Of a stretch of DNA of 32,000 nt, positions 26,919-32,000 are shown piece by piece; positions within the stretch are counted from its first letter, which is position 1, and each line of letters starts with the position of its first letter. Both the position numbers and the translations under genes were made by a program. Under the pieces are notes generated by a model, which searched no databases, had not been told where the DNA came from, and saw only the letters and a list, made by a program, of their open reading frames with translations. The DNA is from Gloeothece verrucosa PCC 7822 (lineage in GTDB: Bacteria; Cyanobacteriota; Cyanobacteriia; Cyanobacteriales; Microcystaceae), in the NCBI RefSeq assembly GCF_000147335.1, contig NC_014501.1, forward strand, positions 2,322,300 to 2,354,299, in the 5' to 3' direction.

Positions 26919-27178
26919 ATTAATAATTGAAGCTAGATAAGCTTCCCTGGCAGAATAGCTTGCAAGGTAAATTAATAAAACCAAAAGGAGAAAACCCTGT
27001 TAAAGTTAACATCTGTCTCGTTCATCCCAAATAACAGTAATCAACTTGAATCATCATATTTCCTCAAGTGAAAAAAAGAGAGCAAAGCATTTGAAGGATA
27101 ATCTTCAGAGCGACTCCGAGAAGACTCAACTATTAAAGAGGAAATCACTGGTTGTTAATGCTTGATTGCTGTTATTGT
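26919..27178 (+). ncRNA. candidate structured RNA, copy 2 (unknown family)
   Basis: P1 is 27030-27044 with 27162-27176 (one G-U). P2 is 27058-27065 with 27138-27145 (8 bp). P3 is 27091-27108. Confidence 0.4.
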
Positions 27179-27439
27179 CATTTAATAACTCTTTTTAAAA
27201 GTATTCAAATCCTCAAATAAGCCTGACCTAAGACTCCGAAACGCCATAAGTATTTAAACTCAAAGTTTTTTCACCAGATAAAGCCAAAAAAAATCTAAAA
27301 TAGATCTAGTAGTGGTTTGAGTGACGTGACCGAATCATCAATCAGAACGATGTGCCGGGAAAGGTTTCAAACTTGAGGAAGAAATAAACCAGCCGCGTAC
27401 TATTCCTGATGAAGATGTATTGAAGCAATAATTTGTTTA

Positions 27440-27475
27440 ACATTTAAAATTGAAACACAAGTTCATTTTAAATGT
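27440..27475. promoter_or_regulatory. perfect 11-bp inverted repeat with 14-nt spacer upstream of the DHH gene (operator or RNA hairpin)
   Basis: ACATTTAAAAT (27440-27450), spacer tgaaacacaagttc, ATTTTAAATGT (27465-27475). It lies ~130 nt upstream of the ATG at 27607. Confidence 0.35.
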
Positions 27476-27606
27476 ACCTACCGACATATCAATAAAATTA
27501 ACTTATCGCCACCCCGGAAGAGAGTAAAAAGCTTTTCAGTTTCTCTTTACCGGTTTTAAGTGTTAATTGTATTATAGATCAACCCAATGATGGGTATTGT
27601 AAACAA

Positions 27607-28845
27607 ATGACATCAGAATTACTCAATTCAAGCAATTATAAAAATAAAGAGTCTGACGAAGAGACAAAACCGACCATCAGTAAATCTTCTAATGGAAACT
27701 CAGATCTAGGAGGAGATCCAGATGGTACAACTCGTTCCCTAGCCCAAATTATCCAGAAATTCCGCCAGACTTTAGAAAACCATCGCGGCGATCGCCAAAT
27801 CGTCGTCATTCAAGATTTCCCCGATCCTGATGCTTTAGCCAGTGCTTGGGCCTATCAACTCATTGCAGAACAATACCAAATCAATTGCGATATCGTATAT
27901 GCAGGCACCCTATCTCATCAAGAAAATATTGCTCTAGTAAAACTCACCGGACTACCGGCTAAACGTTGGGGAGTCTACACCCTCAAAGATAGAGACTTAT
28001 CGGTTTATTCGGGATGTGTCCTAATGGACAGTCAAGGAACCACCAGTCAGCTATTCCCCCTCATCCAACAGCATCACATTCCGATCGTAGTGGTGATCGA
28101 CCATCACAGCAAACAGGGAAACCTCGAAGCAGAATTTATTGATCTGCGTCCTCAAATTCGCGCAACCGCCACCATACTAGCCCAGTATATTCAACAAGGA
28201 GTAATAGAATTCAATAGTAATGATAATACTCATGTAAAATGTGCCACCGCCTTAATGCACGGCATCCGTTCAGATAGCAATAATTTGCTACAAGCGCAAG
28301 AAGCTGAATTTCTCGCCGCCGCCTATCTGAGCCGCTTTTATGATATACAGTTACTAAATGCTGTACTACAATCGGCTCGCTCTCGTCGAGTCATGGATAT
28401 TATCGAACGCTCTCTAAAAAACCGTCTGATTAAAAACAACTTCTCCATTGCCGGAGTCGGCTATCTACGTTATGATGACCGAGATGCCATTCCCCAAGCG
28501 GCTGATTTTCTCGTCACCGAAGAAAACATCCACACAGCCGTCGTTTATGGGATAGTTCATGACGAAGATGATGACATAGAATTGATTATCGGTTCCTTGA
28601 GAACCACAAAACTCACCTTAGACCCCGATGAATTTCTCAAAGAAGCCTTTGGCCATGATGGACAGGGACGTTACTTTGGGGGAGGGCGCTATATGGCCGG
28701 CGGGTTTGAAATACCCATTGGTTTCTTAGGTGGATTTAATGAAAACAATCAGTATACCAAACTGAAATGGGAAGTCTTTGATACTCAGATAAAACAAAAA
28801 CTACTCCGTTTAATTAATCCTGATAGTACCGTGATTCATACTTAA
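27607..28845 (+). CDS. DHH/DHHA1-family phosphoesterase (NrnA-like)
   Basis: Motifs: VVIQDFPDPDALAS (DxD), VLMDSQG, VVVIDHHS (DHH), and GGGRYMAGG (a variant of the DHHA1 GGGH motif). A ~50-aa low-complexity N-terminal extension is present. Confidence 0.8.
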   Translation: MTSELLNSSNYKNKESDEETKPTISKSSNGNSDLGGDPDGTTRSLAQIIQKFRQTLENHRGDRQIVVIQDFPDPDALASAWAYQLIAEQYQINCDIVYAGTLSHQENIALVKLTGLPAKRWGVYTLKDRDLSVYSGCVLMDSQGTTSQLFPLIQQHHIPIVVVIDHHSKQGNLEAEFIDLRPQIRATATILAQYIQQGVIEFNSNDNTHVKCATALMHGIRSDSNNLLQAQEAEFLAAAYLSRFYDIQLLNAVLQSARSRRVMDIIERSLKNRLIKNNFSIAGVGYLRYDDRDAIPQAADFLVTEENIHTAVVYGIVHDEDDDIELIIGSLRTTKLTLDPDEFLKEAFGHDGQGRYFGGGRYMAGGFEIPIGFLGGFNENNQYTKLKWEVFDTQIKQKLLRLINPDSTVIHT

Positions 28846-28850
28846 GCTCA

Positions 28851-29348
28851 ATGACACAACTGTATTTAATTCGTCACGGAATCGCCGCCGAGGCGGCAGA
28901 CTATAGCGATGATCAAAAACGTCCATTAACCGAAAAAGGTCGTCAAAAAACCGAACAAGTGGCTCAAAAACTGCTGCAAAAAGGGATACAGTTTGATTTG
29001 ATTTTAACTAGCCCCTTAGTGAGAGCAGTTTCTACCGCCGTGATCCTAATGGACGTAGGATTAAGTAAAAAAGTCCAAGAATTTGCACCATTAGCACCCG
29101 AGGGAAACCTAGAAACTTGGGTAAATTGGTGGAACCAATCAGGATATAATAATAAAGATAGCTCTCTTGCCCTAGTCGGTCATCAACCAGACTTAGGTAA
29201 CTGGTCAGAAGTTCTTGTTTGGGGAAAGACGCAAGAAAAACTAATCGTTAAAAAAGCCGGTGTAATTGGACTAAATATACTCGACAAAACAGCACCGATC
29301 GGTAACTGTGAGTTATTTTTGTTAACTTCCCCGAAGTGGTTACTCTAG
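28851..29348 (+). CDS. sixA: phosphohistidine phosphatase SixA
   Basis: LYLIRHGIA (RHG catalytic motif), RPLTEKGRQ, TSPLVRAVSTA and LVGHQPDLG, in a 165-aa protein typical of SixA. Confidence 0.8.
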   Translation: MTQLYLIRHGIAAEAADYSDDQKRPLTEKGRQKTEQVAQKLLQKGIQFDLILTSPLVRAVSTAVILMDVGLSKKVQEFAPLAPEGNLETWVNWWNQSGYNNKDSSLALVGHQPDLGNWSEVLVWGKTQEKLIVKKAGVIGLNILDKTAPIGNCELFLLTSPKWLL

Positions 29349-29457
29349 TCTCATAAAGATCTTAAAACTTTTCGGTTAAATCGACATAGAGAATAAATTA
29401 TAGGGTAAGTTAGCTTCAGATCTTGATCTAAATCCTTGCAACGATACAGGTATAACC

Positions 29458-30627
29458 ATGACGACCGTTTGTGAATATCGCCCAGGTTTGGAAGGCATTC
29501 CGGCTGCACAATCAAGTATTAGCTACGTTGACGGACTAAGAGGGGTTTTAGAATACCGAGGAATTAATATAGTTGAACTCGCTCAACATAGTAGTTTTTT
29601 AGAAACAACTTATTTACTCATTTGGGGTGAACTGCCCACAAAAATAGAACTAGAAGAATTTGAAAATGAAATTCGCTATCATCGCCGAATAAAATATCAT
29701 ATTCGGGATATGATGAAATGTTTCCCGGAAACGGGACATCCGATGGATGCGCTACAAACCAGTGCGGCAGCATTAGGCTTATTTTACTCCCGTCGTGCCC
29801 TCGATGACCCCGCCTACATTCGTCAAGCAGTGGTGCGTCTAGTGGCAAAAATTCCCACGATGGTAGCGGCTTTTCACATGATTCGCCGGGGGAACGATCC
29901 GATTCAGCCTAATGATAGTTTAGATTATGCCGCCAATTTCTTGTATATGCTCACAGAGCGAAAACCCTCGGAATTAGCGGCTAAGATTTTTGATGTGTGT
30001 TTGACGCTTCATGCTGAACATACCATGAATGCCTCTACATTTTCGGCCATGGTAACCGCTTCTACTTTAACCGATCCCTATGGAGTGATAGCCTCAGCCG
30101 TAGGAACCCTCGCCGGGCCCTTACATGGTGGGGCCAATGAAGAAGTTTTATTTATGCTCGAAGAAATTGGTTCAGTGGACAATGTTCGCCCCTATGTGGA
30201 GCATTGTATTGAGCATAAAAAGAAAATCATGGGATTTGGGCACCGGGTGTATAAGGTTAAAGACCCTCGCGCTACCATTTTACAAGAACTGGCGATGCAG
30301 CTATTTGAACAAATGGGGCATGATGAATATTATGAGATTGCAGTGGAGTTAGAAAAAGTCGTCGAGGAAAAATTGGGGCACAGAGGAATTTACGCTAACG
30401 TGGATTTTTATTCAGGTCTAGTGTATCGGAAAATGGGTATCCCCACCGATTTATTTACCCCTCTGTTTGCAATTTCTCGGGTAGCTGGATGGTTAGCTCA
30501 CTGGAAAGAGCAATTAAATGAAAATCGTATTTTCCGTCCCACTCAAATTTATACCGGTCGTCACGATACGGTTTATATTCCCATTGAAAAACGCTTAACG
30601 GCAGTCACCCGCAATGGCTATCAGTAA
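29458..30627 (+). CDS. gltA: citrate synthase
   Basis: GLEGIPAAQSSISYVDG..G.LEYRG, LHAEHTMNASTF, GPLHGGANE, GFGHRVYKVKDPR, NVDFYSG: all classic citrate synthase motifs. Confidence 0.95.
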   Translation: MTTVCEYRPGLEGIPAAQSSISYVDGLRGVLEYRGINIVELAQHSSFLETTYLLIWGELPTKIELEEFENEIRYHRRIKYHIRDMMKCFPETGHPMDALQTSAAALGLFYSRRALDDPAYIRQAVVRLVAKIPTMVAAFHMIRRGNDPIQPNDSLDYAANFLYMLTERKPSELAAKIFDVCLTLHAEHTMNASTFSAMVTASTLTDPYGVIASAVGTLAGPLHGGANEEVLFMLEEIGSVDNVRPYVEHCIEHKKKIMGFGHRVYKVKDPRATILQELAMQLFEQMGHDEYYEIAVELEKVVEEKLGHRGIYANVDFYSGLVYRKMGIPTDLFTPLFAISRVAGWLAHWKEQLNENRIFRPTQIYTGRHDTVYIPIEKRLTAVTRNGYQ

Positions 30628-30649
30628 ATTGAATTAAATCTAGTCAATT

Positions 30650-30686
30650 GCGATCGCTTCAGCAGGGGGCGGTCGCTTTAATTTTT
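30650..30686 (+). terminator. terminator hairpin after gltA (HIP1-containing), between convergent genes
   Basis: gcgatcgc (30650-30657) pairs with gcggtcgc (30669-30676), 8 bp including one G-U. It is followed by tttaattttt. Confidence 0.5.
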
Positions 30687-30707
30687 AAGTATTATTACGA
30701 TTGAGCA

Positions 30708-32000
30708 TTACCCATCTTCTTCGATAACTTCCAGTAGCTGATTTAAAGATTCAGACAAAATTCTCGATTCTTCTGACGTTTGGCGGCTAAATCTTTCCAT
30801 TTCCTGCACAGATTCTCTGACCAAATCGGAAATTTCTACACCGTTCATTACGGCAACTGAAATAGCCGCTATCAGCTTGCTAAGGTCATCATTCACATTA
30901 GCCATTTGCTCAGATGAGGACCGAGTTTGCTCTACTAACTGAGTGCCAATATTTAACTGCTGAAACTCGCTTTTCATCACGCTAGACATTTCCGATATTT
31001 GAGTCTGAATATCGACTAACAAGGGCATAATTTCCGCGATTTCCATCTCTAATTGCCTTACGTGCGCGTTAGCTTTTTTAGTGACTGAAGACAATTCTTG
31101 AGCCGACTCACCCATGCGGCTCGCTTCTAGTTCAGCCGTCAAAGTTTGCAGTTTTACTTGATAAACGGTGGTATTGAGAAGATTAATCACCTCAGAAAGT
31201 TTTCGAGCCGGACGATCTAAAGATTGAAATTTTTCTACGGCTTGTACTAATCTATTTTGAAGCGTAGAAATGTTTTCTAAAAGCTGACTAATCGATTGAT
31301 CACAAGACTGCACAATCTGCCTAGCTGGCTGTTGAAGCCGCTCTGCTTGTTGAATCAGAGAATTAATATCCTCAACCCAATCTATCACCGCTCGAATTTG
31401 ATGATGAGTAGCACTGACACACTCCATCTGGAGAGCCGCTTGGGCTGAAAGATTTTTGAGAACCGCTTGGCTTTCTTGAAAGGTTTTTAAAACCTGACGT
31501 TGGAGTGTTTCTTGGTATTGAGACTGTTGAAGACGGAATAATTCTGTGCTTTGGTAAGCCTCTTCTACCTGAGCTAAAAGTCTTGCGTGGTCAAGAGCAA
31601 ATCCCACTTGAATAGCGATCTGGGCAAATAAATCAATTTCTGAGTGCTGCCAATTTCTCGGGCCTGAACATTGATGAGCAATGAGCAGCCCAAACAATTG
31701 ATCATCTTTGAGAATGGGGGCTACTAAATTGGCTTTTACCGCAAAAGGTTCGAGTTGTTGCAGATGACACTCGGTGAGTCCGGCTTGGTAAATATTATTA
31801 GTAGCAGACACTCTACCCCTTTGATAAGATTCCACATAATTTTCAGCAAAACAAGGGTCTTTAATTTTTGCCCACAAGGCTTTCGGAAATCCAGGAACTA
31901 CCGATTCAGCCACTACCGTTCCATACCAGTCAGCATCAAAACTATAGACAATCACTCGGTCTGTTCTCAGGGCCAAGCGCATTTCTTCGACGGTAGTGAG
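30708..32000 (-). CDS. PixJ-like receptor: DXCF-type cyanobacteriochrome GAF domain plus degenerate methyl-accepting (MCP) signalling coiled coil; 5' end outside window
   Basis: GAF domain: DRVIVYSFDADWYGTVVAESV...IKDPCFAENYVESYQRGRVSATNNIYQAGLTECHLQQLEPFAVKANLVAPILKDDQLFGLLIAHQCSGPRNWQHSEIDLFAQIAIQVGFAL, containing both the DXCF Cys and the canonical CH bilin-binding Cys. The C-terminal long heptad region contains QTLTAELEASRMGES, compared with the MCP tip [18 protein letters not shown]. The frame is open to position 32000 (LTTVEE before the listed M). Confidence 0.8.
   Translation of the reverse strand, partial: LTTVEEMRLALRTDRVIVYSFDADWYGTVVAESVVPGFPKALWAKIKDPCFAENYVESYQRGRVSATNNIYQAGLTECHLQQLEPFAVKANLVAPILKDDQLFGLLIAHQCSGPRNWQHSEIDLFAQIAIQVGFALDHARLLAQVEEAYQSTELFRLQQSQYQETLQRQVLKTFQESQAVLKNLSAQAALQMECVSATHHQIRAVIDWVEDINSLIQQAERLQQPARQIVQSCDQSISQLLENISTLQNRLVQAVEKFQSLDRPARKLSEVINLLNTTVYQVKLQTLTAELEASRMGESAQELSSVTKKANAHVRQLEMEIAEIMPLLVDIQTQISEMSSVMKSEFQQLNIGTQLVEQTRSSSEQMANVNDDLSKLIAAISVAVMNGVEISDLVRESVQEMERFSRQTSEESRILSESLNQLLEVIEEDG

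Larger units (their letters stand above)
26547..27178. repeat. tandem duplication, two units of ~323/309 bp
   Basis: Unit 1 is 26547-26869 and unit 2 is 26870-27178 (atgtaaagttta at 26547 and 26870; attaataattgaagctagataagcttccctggcagaatagcttgcaagg at 26596 and 26919). Conservation is mosaic: 26596-26751 is nearly identical between units, and the remainder is ~80% similar. Confidence 0.9.

Noticed and set aside
29618-30352. Listed ORFs 29618-29848 (-) and 30125-30352 (+)
   Set aside because: They lie inside gltA in other frames, and gltA is unambiguous.

Overview
This is a chromosomal segment of a cyanobacterium. Supporting evidence: four HIP1 octamers GCGATCGC (at 4538, 15554, 27788, 30650), AT-rich intergenic DNA, and genes for COP23, a Uma2 nuclease, a cyanobacteriochrome and a 4-Cys/pentapeptide-repeat kinase. 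There are about 30 protein genes, mostly housekeeping or signalling: pheT (5' part), two convergent Ser/Thr kinases, COP23, a CheY-like regulator, a PRTase, a GPH/MFS transporter, a 674-aa RTX-type calcium-binding protein, csbD, a 57-aa DUF1328 gene missing from the ORF track, rpsP plus a KH protein, BolA, a GntR/PlmA-like regulator, a Tat-signal Mn-SOD, a permease, a DHH phosphoesterase, sixA, gltA, and a PixJ-like DXCF cyanobacteriochrome/MCP (3' part). The accessory-looking block lies at about 19.6-25.3 kb. It holds an LRAT/NlpC-P60 thiol enzyme fused to a PspA-like helix, a membrane-anchored J-domain protein, and an NLR-like STAND ATPase. That ATPase has a helical N-domain, an NB-ARC domain, ten near-identical 42-aa TPR units and a C-terminal TM helix, and its reading frame is broken by a single in-frame TGA. 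Small palindromic repeats lie inside the block, between the LRAT and J-domain genes, and two MITE copies bound its right edge. The second highlight is a ~323-bp tandem duplication (26547-27178) in the 1.1-kb region upstream of the DHH gene. Both copies keep three nested helices with wobble or compensatory changes, which suggests a structured RNA. No rRNA, tRNA, CRISPR array or transposase gene was seen. All family calls are motif-level readings of the translations, because no searches could be run.
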